NCBI GenBank assembly: GCA_963844965.1
Contig: CAWJQC010000007.1
Span: forward strand, 192,001 to 256,000
Direction of reading: 5' to 3'
Length of the DNA: 64,000 bases
DNA from: an uncultured bacterium
GTDB lineage: Bacteria > Patescibacteriota > Minisyncoccia > UBA6257 > 2-01-FULL-56-20
In this document: in pieces, positions 1 to 8,047 of the stretch
Numbering within the stretch: position 1 is the first letter of the stretch
How the letters are laid out: each line of letters begins with the position of its first letter
Notes under the pieces: generated by a model
Told to the model about the DNA's origin: nothing
Database searches by the model: none
The model's input: only the letters and a program-made list of their open reading frames with translations
Program-made: the position numbers and the translations under genes

Positions 1-2436
1 ATCAAGGACGTTCCGCTCGTAGGCGGCAAGAACGCGTCCCTAGGCGAGATGATACGCACGCTCAAGAGCAAGGGCGTGCCCGTGCCGTCCGGCTTTGTCG
101 TCACCGCCACCGCTTATTTTTATTTTCTGAAGAAAACGAAACTTGATAAATTCATTAAGGAAACGCTTGAAGGGCTGGATACGAAGAAGCTGAAAGACCT
201 GCACGACCGCGGCTCGGCCATCAGATACGCCATAACACGCGCGGAATTTCCCAAAGACCTTGAGCGTGAAATCGTGAAAGCGTATCGCGAACTTGAAGCG
301 CGCTATGGCAAGGACGTTGACGTCGCCGTGCGTTCTTCCGCCACGGCTGAAGATCTTCCCGGAGCGTCCTTCGCCGGCGAGCAGGAGAGCTACCTCGGCA
401 TCCGCGGGGCCGCGGAAGTGTCCAAGGCCGTGCGTGCCACAATGGCTTCGCTTTTCACCGACCGCGCCATTTCTTACCGCCACGACCGCGGTTTTGACCA
501 CTTCAAAGTCGGCCTTTCCGCCGGCGTCCAGAAAATGGTGCGTTCCGACCGCGCCTGCTCCGGCGTGATGTTCACGTTGGACACCGAGTCCGGTTTCAAG
601 GACGTCGTTCTCATCAACGGCTCGTGGGGTTTGGGCGAGATGATAGTGAAAGGCGAGGTGACTCCCGACGAATTTTTTATCTGGAAAGAAGGGCTGAACA
701 AGGGAGTGAAGCACCCCATCATTGAAAAGAAACTCGGAGTGAAACTGCGCAAAATGATTTACCACCGCGGCGCGGCAATTCAGCAGACGAAGATAATTCC
801 CACGGACGAGAAGGAGCGCGATTCGTTCGTGCTCAAAGACAAGGAAATAGAAGAGCTCGCGCGCTGGGGAGTCATCATTGAAAAGCATTACACGGAGCAC
901 TACAAAAAGTGGACGCCTATGGATATGGAGTGGGCGAAGGACGGCGTCACGGGCGAACTTTTCATAGTTCAGGCAAGGCCGGAGACCATCCACGCCAATC
1001 AGGATTTTTCAAAAGTCAAAGAATATATTCCGCTTGAACGCCGCGAGCCGATCGTGATGGGCGCGTCCGTCGGTTCCAAGATTGCCACGGGAAAAGCACG
1101 CGTGATACTGGACGCCAAGCGCATCGGTCAGTTCAAAAAAGGAGAGGTGCTTGTGACCACGATGACCGACCCCGACTGGGAGCCGATAATGAAAATGGCT
1201 TCCGCGATAGTGACGGACAAGGGCGGTCGCACTTCGCACGCCGCGATAGTGAGCCGCGAACTCGGAATTCCGGCGGTGGTCGGAACCGAGAAGGCGACGA
1301 GAATTATAAAGACCGGCGATCCCATCACGGTGGACACGACCGGGAGCGCCGGCAACGTTTACCGCGGTTTTTTGAAATTCAAAGTGGTTGAGCACGACCT
1401 GAAAAAAATTCCCCGGCCGAAGACGCACATCATGGTGAACGTGGCGATTCCCGACAGCGCCTTTGAAACCTCGTTCCTGCCGACGAGCGGCGTCGGGCTC
1501 GCGCGGGAAGAATTCATCATCGCGTCCAGGATGGGAGTGCATCCGATGGCTTTGCTCAACTTATCCAAGCAGCCGTCCGTTATCCGGCGCGCGATTGAAG
1601 CCAAAATGCGCGGCTGGAAAGATCCGAAGCAATATTATATAGATAATCTTGCTTTTGGCATCGCGAAGATCGGCGTGGCTTTCTCACCGAACCCCGTCAT
1701 CGTCCGCTTCTCGGATTTCAAGACAAACGAATATCGCACCTTGCTCGGTGGCGGACCGTATGAACCGAAGGAGGAAAATCCGATGATCGGCTGGCGCGGC
1801 GCTTCGCGCTACTATGACCCGAAATTCAGGCCGGCGTTCATGCTTGAGGCGGCGGCCGTGAAAAAAGTCCGCGAAGAGATGGGGCTCACGAACGTTATTC
1901 CCATGGTGCCGTTCTGCCGCACGGTGGAAGAGGGAATTAAAACGCAGGAAGCGATGGCCGAAGCCGGACTCATCACGGAATATATTGCCAATCGCCATCG
2001 GGACGGCACAAAAAAACTTCCGCGTCATTCCGCGTCAGTTCCGCGTAGTTCTGCGACCGTGCCGGTGTACGTGATGTGTGAAATTCCTTCCAATGTCCTA
2101 CTCGCCGACAAGTTCCTGGATATTTTTGACGGCATGTCCATCGGTTCCAACGATTTGACACAGCTCACGCTGGGATTAGACCGTGACTCCGGCATTGTGA
2201 CGAAGATTGCCAACGAAAAGAACGACGCGGTGAAAAAACTCATCGCGGAAGTGATAGCCCGCTGCCACGCGCGCAAAAAATACATCGGCATCTGCGGCCA
2301 GGGGCCATCCGATTATCCGGATTTCGCGGAGTTTTTGGTGGAAGCGGGAATAGACAGCATGTCCCTGAACCCCGACACCGTGGTGCGCACGACGGTCGCG
2401 GTAGCGGAGAAGGAGAGGGAATTGAAGAGAGGGTAG
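1..2436 (+). CDS. ppsA: phosphoenolpyruvate synthase, 5' end cut by window edge
   Basis: ORF 49..2436 continues in-frame to nt 1 (IKDVPLVGGKNASLGEM N-terminal motif). PEP-utilising mobile domain GGRTSHAAIVSRELGIPAVVG and C-terminal PEP-binding barrel present; about 795 aa. Confidence 0.9.
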   Translation: MKDVPLVGGKNASLGEMIRTLKSKGVPVPSGFVVTATAYFYFLKKTKLDKFIKETLEGLDTKKLKDLHDRGSAIRYAITRAEFPKDLEREIVKAYRELEARYGKDVDVAVRSSATAEDLPGASFAGEQESYLGIRGAAEVSKAVRATMASLFTDRAISYRHDRGFDHFKVGLSAGVQKMVRSDRACSGVMFTLDTESGFKDVVLINGSWGLGEMIVKGEVTPDEFFIWKEGLNKGVKHPIIEKKLGVKLRKMIYHRGAAIQQTKIIPTDEKERDSFVLKDKEIEELARWGVIIEKHYTEHYKKWTPMDMEWAKDGVTGELFIVQARPETIHANQDFSKVKEYIPLERREPIVMGASVGSKIATGKARVILDAKRIGQFKKGEVLVTTMTDPDWEPIMKMASAIVTDKGGRTSHAAIVSRELGIPAVVGTEKATRIIKTGDPITVDTTGSAGNVYRGFLKFKVVEHDLKKIPRPKTHIMVNVAIPDSAFETSFLPTSGVGLAREEFIIASRMGVHPMALLNLSKQPSVIRRAIEAKMRGWKDPKQYYIDNLAFGIAKIGVAFSPNPVIVRFSDFKTNEYRTLLGGGPYEPKEENPMIGWRGASRYYDPKFRPAFMLEAAAVKKVREEMGLTNVIPMVPFCRTVEEGIKTQEAMAEAGLITEYIANRHRDGTKKLPRHSASVPRSSATVPVYVMCEIPSNVLLADKFLDIFDGMSIGSNDLTQLTLGLDRDSGIVTKIANEKNDAVKKLIAEVIARCHARKKYIGICGQGPSDYPDFAEFLVEAGIDSMSLNPDTVVRTTVAVAEKERELKRG
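2395..2436 (+). repeat. copy 1 of ppsA 3'-terminal 42-nt segment (VAVAEKERELKRG-stop); authentic gene end
   Basis: Core gtcgcggtagcggagaaggaga plus flanking identity recurs at 3590-3631 and 4358-4399. Confidence 0.85.
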
Positions 2437-2504
2437 TCAGAGTTGAGCAGGTTTTTGGCCAAAATGTGCGGATTTGAGCAATAATGTATAGATTTAGAGT
2501 CTGC

Positions 2505-2533
2505 TTGTATAGATTTAAAAAATATGCTAAACT
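2505..2533 (+). promoter_or_regulatory. putative sigma70-like promoter TTGTAT-17-TAAACT, preceded by direct repeat tgtatagattta x2
   Basis: Hexamers with 17-nt spacer about 30 nt upstream of the 2564 start codon. Confidence 0.3.
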
Positions 2534-2563
2534 ACGCCTAAGGCACAAAGAGCCCGTTTTCTT

Positions 2564-3289
2564 ATGGAAAATGAGGATGATTTGATAACTATAGGCCAGG
2601 CCGCCGAACTGCTTGGGGTTTCTATCATGACACTTCGCCGTTGGGACGAAAGCGGGCGTTTTCTATCCATAAGGAAACGGCCCGGCGGCGACCGCTACTA
2701 CAGAAAAAAAGACGTGGAACTATTTTTAAGCGATCTGTTTCGCTTGGCGTACGACTGGGTTCTCTCGAATGCCGAATTTCCGGAAACCCTTTATTGCCAG
2801 ACGAGCGCGACCTTTCAAGCGCGCCTCACGAGAATGCAGGATGACATGATCCGCAGCGGGACCGTGAAAGAGCTATTTTCGCTTCTCGTTTCGATTGCGG
2901 GAGAGATAGGAAATAATTCATACGACCACAATCTCGGATCGTGGCCCGACACGCCCGGAATATTTTTCGGATATGACCTCAATAAAAAGCATATCGTGCT
3001 TGCCGACCGCGGACTCGGCGTTCTTGAAACATTAAAGAGAGTAAGGCCGCAACTGGACAACTTTGAAGATGCGTTGCGAGTTGCTTTTACGGAAGTGATT
3101 TCGGGGCGTGCTCCCGAAGGAAGAGGAAATGGATTAAAATACGTAAAGGAAGTAATCTCGGAAAACCCGATTAGCCTGCTCTTCCAAAGCGGAGATGCGG
3201 AACTTACGATGAATGGCAAAAGTCAAAACTTCACGGTAGCTAAAAGCAAAAATAGTTTGCGCGGCTGCTTCGCATTCATATCGTATTAA
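2564..3289 (+). CDS. excisionase/MerR-type HTH (HTH_17-like) fused to GHKL/histidine-kinase-like ATPase domain protein
   Basis: N-terminus ITIGQAAELLGVSIMTLRRWDESGRF is a typical HTH_17/MerR helix-turn-helix. C-terminus EGRGNGLKYVKEVISE resembles the G2 box of HATPase_c domains. Confidence 0.5.
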   Translation: MENEDDLITIGQAAELLGVSIMTLRRWDESGRFLSIRKRPGGDRYYRKKDVELFLSDLFRLAYDWVLSNAEFPETLYCQTSATFQARLTRMQDDMIRSGTVKELFSLLVSIAGEIGNNSYDHNLGSWPDTPGIFFGYDLNKKHIVLADRGLGVLETLKRVRPQLDNFEDALRVAFTEVISGRAPEGRGNGLKYVKEVISENPISLLFQSGDAELTMNGKSQNFTVAKSKNSLRGCFAFISY

Positions 3290-3294
3290 AATCA

Positions 3295-3588
3295 ATGATC
3301 ATTGAGCTCAAAAAATTCGGCACAACGCTCATTTCACGGCAAATGGGGCGCGAATCGTTCGCTGCCCTGCAGCCGCTTTTGCGCGACGTGAGAGAAGGAG
3401 AAAACATCGACATCGATTTTGATGGCGTTTTGACATTCTCTCCGTCGTGGGGCGATGAATTCCTGACGCCGCTCGGAAAGACTTATGGCAAAAGAATTTT
3501 ATTAAGGAATACGGGCAATCCATCGGTACGGGCCACGTTGGAATTACTGGAGAAAACCACGAACGTTAAGTTTTCCGTACAGGATTGA
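3295..3588 (+). CDS. STAS-like (anti-sigma-factor-antagonist fold, DUF4325-like) small protein
   Basis: 97 aa; IDIDFDGVLTFSPSWGDEFL pattern typical of STAS-like partner-switch proteins; 5-nt gap after the preceding gene suggests an operon. Confidence 0.45.
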   Translation: MIIELKKFGTTLISRQMGRESFAALQPLLRDVREGENIDIDFDGVLTFSPSWGDEFLTPLGKTYGKRILLRNTGNPSVRATLELLEKTTNVKFSVQD

Positions 3589-3589
3589 T

Positions 3590-3631
3590 GTCGCGGTAGC
3601 GGAGAAGGAGAAAGAATTGAAGAGGGGATAA
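3590..3631 (+). repeat. copy 2 of ppsA 3'-terminal segment; encodes VAVAEKEKELKRG-stop in frame
   Basis: gtcgcggtagcggagaaggagaaagaattgaagaggggataa; near-identical to the ppsA end including a stop codon. Confidence 0.85.
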
Positions 3632-3706
3632 GCGGCTGACCGGCACTTTTGGCGTCCCGTTAACCACCCGAACTGCCGTAGTTTACACGCCGGGTGGAGA
3701 TGCCGC

Positions 3707-3735
3707 TTTACAAAAATAATCGATGGCTGTATAAT
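3707..3735 (+). promoter_or_regulatory. consensus sigma70 promoter TTTACA-17-TATAAT
   Basis: TTTACA 3707-3712, 17-nt spacer, TATAAT 3730-3735; directly upstream of the 3734/3789 ORF. Confidence 0.55.
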
Positions 3736-4210
3736 GCGACCAGCCATTAATTTGATTCGGAAAGGGGTGTTTTATGGCGGTAGGGCGAAAGTGCAAGAAT
3801 ATTTTGAGGCGGCGGAGCTTGTTGAACAATATGTGGCTATGACTGAGCAGATGTATGACCAGCTACGCAGTTCCTTGGAATTGGCGGGGGACACCGCCGG
3901 CGCTAAAGCCACGAACATTCAAAAGAAAATTTACGCCGTGGTTCGTGACAGGGTTTTCGATTTTGTCTATGGAACTTACGAGGACCTTCTTACGAACGAA
4001 GAGGTGGACCAGCTTATTGAAATGGAGCGGCTTCCGATTGTTAAAAAGATGAGGGAGCTCACTCCGGAAATTCAGAACAGGATTATCGGATTCGTTATGT
4101 CTGCATATAAAGAGCTGGAAAAAGAAATAGAGAGAATTATCCACTCCGAACTCATAGGTGCCGACATCCTGCAAAAAACGTTTCCGCAGAAAACCAACCT
4201 GCCGAACTGA
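3734..4210 (+). CDS. hypothetical protein; likely start at GTG about 3789 after AGGG Shine-Dalgarno
   Basis: Long ORF with coding-like composition. The ATG at 3734 lies inside the -10 box, so the true start is probably downstream. No recognisable domain. Confidence 0.45.
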   Translation: MRPAINLIRKGVFYGGRAKVQEYFEAAELVEQYVAMTEQMYDQLRSSLELAGDTAGAKATNIQKKIYAVVRDRVFDFVYGTYEDLLTNEEVDQLIEMERLPIVKKMRELTPEIQNRIIGFVMSAYKELEKEIERIIHSELIGADILQKTFPQKTNLPN

Positions 4211-4250
4211 TTTCCTGTCGCGCCTCTCGTAGTGAACAATACATAATGCT

Positions 4251-4276
4251 GCCCGGTTTACCGGGCGGTTTTTTTG
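4251..4276 (+). terminator. rho-independent terminator (gcccggtttaccgggc + T7)
   Basis: Perfect GC stem followed by TTTTTTT just after the 4210 stop. Confidence 0.6.
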
Positions 4277-4357
4277 CTTGTATCTTATCGGGCGGCGTGG
4301 CTCAAATGGTGGACCTGCCGGCAGGCGGGGATGATACAGTCGGCCGCGCGCACGACC

Positions 4358-4399
4358 GTCGCGGTAGCGGAGAAGGAGAAGGGGATGGGGAGGAAGTAG
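4358..4399 (+). repeat. copy 3 of ppsA 3'-terminal segment (VAVAEKEKGMGRK-stop in frame); 33-nt match gcgcacgac(c)gtcgcggtagcggagaaggaga extends upstream to 4349
   Basis: Matches the ppsA end over about 33 nt with 2 mismatches, then diverges; retains an in-frame stop. Confidence 0.8.
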
Positions 4400-4488
4400 G
4401 ATATTTGGAAAACAAAAAGCGGACAGGGTTTGACGCCTGCCCGCCGAGTTTCTGGTCCTCGTCAGATTTGCCGTTTTGCCGTTGGAGT

Positions 4489-4749
4489 TTAACCGGAGTG
4501 GGGGTCGACTCTCGATACGAACCACCCGAAGTTAACCCCGAAGGGTTCATATTCGATCACATCCCTTTCGTGGAGTTTCTTTGCAATCGCCGGAGAAGCG
4601 ATGATGTGAAATCCGCCAAGGAATCGTGCCGGCGTCCGCGCCGTTCCAAGGCCGAGGTCGCGAATAACCTGGTCATCATCCGCCGGATATAACAGGATGC
4701 GGTCCCCGTCGTCTTCTATCTTTCCAATCGTCAAGGTTGGGTTAGCCAT
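4489..4749 (-). CDS. hypothetical protein (86 aa), translationally coupled to the upstream gene
   Basis: Start ATG overlaps the stop of the 4742-5218 gene in ATGGCTAA; no recognisable domain. Confidence 0.45.
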   Translation of the reverse strand: MANPTLTIGKIEDDGDRILLYPADDDQVIRDLGLGTARTPARFLGGFHIIASPAIAKKLHERDVIEYEPFGVNFGWFVSRVDPHSG

Positions 4750-5218
4750 TGTCCACCTCCGACCTTTGGAGATAGTGCGCTTCGCGGCAGTGATAACAGC
4801 GAACCTTCTTGTCTGCCGCTGCAACTGCATCAGCGAATTGCGCAGCCGCTTCCTCGTTGTCCCATTGGCCAAGTTCGCGCTCCGCCACGGGCTCCAGGAA
4901 GAAGATTTCCTTTTCCTTGCCGGAGACCTTGCCGACATGCCCGTCAACGCCGGGGTTTTTCGCTACGACTCTCGCGATTGCGATGCGGGTATCGTTGCGG
5001 TCAGCATTGGCGAACACGAAGCAATCGCCGGGTAGTATGGCGAAAAGAGCGTGTTCGCGGTTCGCGTATCCCTTGCGTGGGACGAAGATGGGCTTTTTGG
5101 ATTTTCCTTCGCGGTCACAGATGATGACCGCATCGCCGGTGTTGGTGTACCCACCGCCGCATTCCCAAGCGGCGGTAAGACGTGACTTCGTTCGGTGGAC
5201 GGTGACGGTAGTATCCAT
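4742..5218 (-). CDS. hypothetical protein (about 158 aa) with C-terminal CxxC
   Basis: Start MDTTVTV preceded by AAAGGA Shine-Dalgarno; C-terminal CYHCREAHY; no clear family. Confidence 0.45.
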   Translation of the reverse strand: MDTTVTVHRTKSRLTAAWECGGGYTNTGDAVIICDREGKSKKPIFVPRKGYANREHALFAILPGDCFVFANADRNDTRIAIARVVAKNPGVDGHVGKVSGKEKEIFFLEPVAERELGQWDNEEAAAQFADAVAAADKKVRCYHCREAHYLQRSEVDNG

Positions 5219-5548
5219 TGTCGTGTCCTTTCTTCTCTCGCGACCGATTTGAATTAGCACGCGAAGTGCTGTCGGTTGCGGCCTTGCAGGCTCCCTTTTC
5301 GTCGGGGAATGTCTCTGAACTTATTTTCTCAAAGAGCCCTTAAAGCGGCTGCTCAAATGGCTTGTGCGTCTGTTCTCCTAGCACCGGTTCTCAAAATCCC
5401 CTCATTGGAGGGGGTTTATTTTAACAGCTAGGATTTATCGTTTTCCTTCTCCAAAAAATTGGGTTGTGGGACGTTAGGGGTCAATGCACACAAAAAAAAC
5501 GACCCACGCAGTGCGTGAGTCATAAATTTTCAGCGAGTTCTGGTTTTC

Positions 5549-6274
5549 TCAGTATAAGCCCTTCGTTCTGAGGTGAGTGATTATCTTTTTGGCGATGACC
5601 ATCGGCAGTTCCCTCCGCCACATTATGCGCGTGTCCGTTCGCGGAAAAAGTTTCCAGATAGCCGTACCTTCTTTGGGATTGCCCTTGTCGTCTATTTCAA
5701 TCCTGAAATCCTGGAGTTTGAGTTCGTTTATCAGCCAATCGGCTGTGGGACGATATTCCAGGTGGGGGCCGAATTGCAGGTCTCCGTCCTTCATTCCAAT
5801 GATAGGTGACCTCGCGAAACCGCTGCACCACTGATTGACAATGGCCCTCTGCAGTTTTTCCTGGTTGTGGATTTTCGTGGAAGACCACAAAATTATGATG
5901 TCGTTCTTGTACCTTTCGCCCACGTAATAGCCGGCCGGCCATTTGCATCCCAAACCGATAGCGAAGCAGGTGCCATTGAACCTGACGACGCTGAAATATT
6001 CGTAACGCATGTAGGCCGTGCGCGAGTTGCAGTCGCCGGGCCGGGTATCGTCGGCGATTCTTGAAAACGCGCCGTCGTAGCTCCAATGATCTCCCGGGTC
6101 TTCCTTGGGAAAGAAAACCCTCGCCAATTCATTTTCGGTGAGAAGTTTGTAAACTTCCTCCACCACTTCTTCTCCGTAGAGGCCGCGTTGATTTGTAGCC
6201 CTGAGCGCGGCATCAATGTGCCTCACAAGAACTCCCCGAAGTTTCCACTTGAATTCCCGTATGTTCTGAAACAC
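5549..6274 (-). CDS. hypothetical protein (241 aa)
   Basis: Long ORF with good coding composition; no motif I can assign. Confidence 0.45.
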   Translation of the reverse strand: MFQNIREFKWKLRGVLVRHIDAALRATNQRGLYGEEVVEEVYKLLTENELARVFFPKEDPGDHWSYDGAFSRIADDTRPGDCNSRTAYMRYEYFSVVRFNGTCFAIGLGCKWPAGYYVGERYKNDIIILWSSTKIHNQEKLQRAIVNQWCSGFARSPIIGMKDGDLQFGPHLEYRPTADWLINELKLQDFRIEIDDKGNPKEGTAIWKLFPRTDTRIMWRRELPMVIAKKIITHLRTKGLY

Positions 6275-6359
6275 TGTCCACCTCCTGCGTTTCTATATAA
6301 CTGGTTAGTGCCACCTTGGATTGTAGTCGCCGAAACCACCGTCGTCAAGTTTTTAGGCG

Positions 6360-6389
6360 CCGTTTTCCTTTCCCGAAAAATGGGGTTAA
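6360..6389 (+). promoter_or_regulatory. conserved 30-nt upstream element ccgttttcctttcccgaaaaatggggttaa (copy 1) followed by TATACT
   Basis: Identical 30-mer recurs at 8009-8038; both lie 20-30 nt upstream of a start codon. Confidence 0.4.
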
Positions 6390-6409
6390 AATTTTTTTGC
6401 TATACTTGA

Positions 6410-7168
6410 ATGATGGCTACAAATATCAACCCCGTTCTTGAGGTGCGTGAACTGCGGAGATTGTACGGCGAAACGGTTGCCGTGAACGATATTTCGTTTG
6501 CGGTGTACCCGAACGAGATTGTCGGTCTTCTCGGACCGAATGGCGCGGGAAAAACGACGACTATCAATATGATTCTCGGAGTTTTGGAACCCACCGGGGG
6601 TTCCATCCGGATAAAAGGAAAAGATATCGCAAAGAAGCACAGCGAGGTGCTCTCGCGTACCAATTTCGCGGCGGTCTACGCGCAAGTTCCCGGCAATCTG
6701 ACGGTCTTTCAGAATCTCCATATATTCGGGCTGATGTACGGCGTGCCGGATTTGCGCAACCGCATCGAGGAATGCCTCGGAAATTTTGACCTTAAGGATT
6801 TCAGGAATACCAAATGCGGCGTGCTTTCCTCGGGCGAGCAAACGAGGGTGGGTTTGGCGAAGGCGATGCTCAATAATCCCGACCTTCTTCTCCTTGACGA
6901 ACCGACGGCTTCGCTTGATCCCTCGAGCGCCCAGATCGTCCGCGCGAAAATTAAAGATTATGCCGCGAGCGGCGCCGGGGGAATTTTGTGGACATCCCAC
7001 AATATGCATGAAGTAGCGGACGTCTGCGACCGCGTTCTTTTTCTCTCGCACGGCAAGATTATTCTTGAAGGCGATCCCAAGATGCTTCCCGGCGAATATG
7101 GCAAAAAAGACCTTGAAGAACTTTTTATCGCGATTGCCCGCGAACCGCTCGCTTTGGAATCCGTATAA
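6410..7168 (+). CDS. ABC transporter ATP-binding protein (ABC-2 exporter type)
   Basis: Walker A GPNGAGKTT, signature LSSGEQTRV, Walker B LLLLDEPTASLD. Confidence 0.9.
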   Translation: MMATNINPVLEVRELRRLYGETVAVNDISFAVYPNEIVGLLGPNGAGKTTTINMILGVLEPTGGSIRIKGKDIAKKHSEVLSRTNFAAVYAQVPGNLTVFQNLHIFGLMYGVPDLRNRIEECLGNFDLKDFRNTKCGVLSSGEQTRVGLAKAMLNNPDLLLLDEPTASLDPSSAQIVRAKIKDYAASGAGGILWTSHNMHEVADVCDRVLFLSHGKIILEGDPKMLPGEYGKKDLEELFIAIAREPLALESV

Positions 7169-7177
7169 TAATTTTAC

Positions 7178-7981
7178 ATGAGCATAAAACGCATTTACGC
7201 AATATTCCTCCGCCAAATTTATCTCATTCGCGGCAACGGCACGCGCTTCATTCAGATATTTATTTGGATTACCGTAGACATCACGCTGTGGGGCTTCATC
7301 AGTAAATACCTTACCGGAATAGCCGGCTCCGGGTTCAGTTTTGTGCCCATCTTGTTGGGTGCGGTCCTCCTGTGGGATTTTCTGATTCAAGTTATGCAAG
7401 GCATCACCATGTCATTCTTTGAAGATGTGTGGTCCCGCAATTTTTTGAACATTTTTGCGTCACCGCTGAGGATATCCGAGTATATTGCCGGCCTCGTGCT
7501 TACGGGAATTATGAGAAGCATACTGGCCCTCGTTGTCATGCTTATGTTTGCGACTCTCGTCTTCGGGCTTTCAATTTTCATCTACGGCGTTTCTCTTGCG
7601 TTATTCCTCCTCATCCTCTTTCTTTTCGGCATCTCTTTGGGAATTTTCGGCATCAGCATTGTGCTCCGGCTTGGACCATCGGCCGAGTGGTTCGTCTGGC
7701 CTATTCCTGCCCTGCTTTCCCCGTTTGTGGGAGTGTTTTACCCCTTGACGACGCTGCCTCAGTGGATGCAATACGTCGGGCAGCTTCTCCCGCCTTCATA
7801 TGTTTTTGCGGGCATCCGCAGCATCATTAACGGCGGAGGGTTTTCTCTTCCCACGCTCATCTGGGGAATTATTCTTTCCATATTTTATATTATTCTTGCG
7901 TATAGTGTTTTTACGGCGATTTACCGAAAAGCGATGCGTACCGGTCTTATCGCTCGCTACAGCGCGGAGAATGTAAGTTGA
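7178..7981 (+). CDS. ABC-2 family transporter permease
   Basis: Six or more hydrophobic segments; immediately downstream of the ATPase. Confidence 0.75.
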   Translation: MSIKRIYAIFLRQIYLIRGNGTRFIQIFIWITVDITLWGFISKYLTGIAGSGFSFVPILLGAVLLWDFLIQVMQGITMSFFEDVWSRNFLNIFASPLRISEYIAGLVLTGIMRSILALVVMLMFATLVFGLSIFIYGVSLALFLLILFLFGISLGIFGISIVLRLGPSAEWFVWPIPALLSPFVGVFYPLTTLPQWMQYVGQLLPPSYVFAGIRSIINGGGFSLPTLIWGIILSIFYIILAYSVFTAIYRKAMRTGLIARYSAENVS

Positions 7982-8008
7982 CGCTATCAAAATGCAATTT
8001 CTCTAGCT

Positions 8009-8038
8009 CCGTTTTCCTTTCCCGAAAAATGGGGTTAA
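8009..8038 (+). promoter_or_regulatory. conserved 30-nt upstream element (copy 2), upstream of enolase
   Basis: Exact repeat of 6360-6389. Confidence 0.4.
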
Positions 8039-8047
8039 TATTATTGT

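Noticed and set aside
2395-4399. Considered whether the three ppsA-end repeats could be a CRISPR-like array.
   Set aside because: Only three copies, spacing 1195 and 768 bp, and the intervals contain genes, promoters and a terminator. Not a repeat-spacer structure.
4246-4692. Plus-strand 148-aa ORF (and minus-strand 220-aa ORF 3863-4525) overlapping the cassette region.
   Set aside because: The 148-aa ORF starts inside the terminator hairpin, has odd Gly/Arg-rich composition, and overlaps the better-supported translationally coupled minus-strand gene. The 220-aa ORF is antisense to the 3734-4210 gene.
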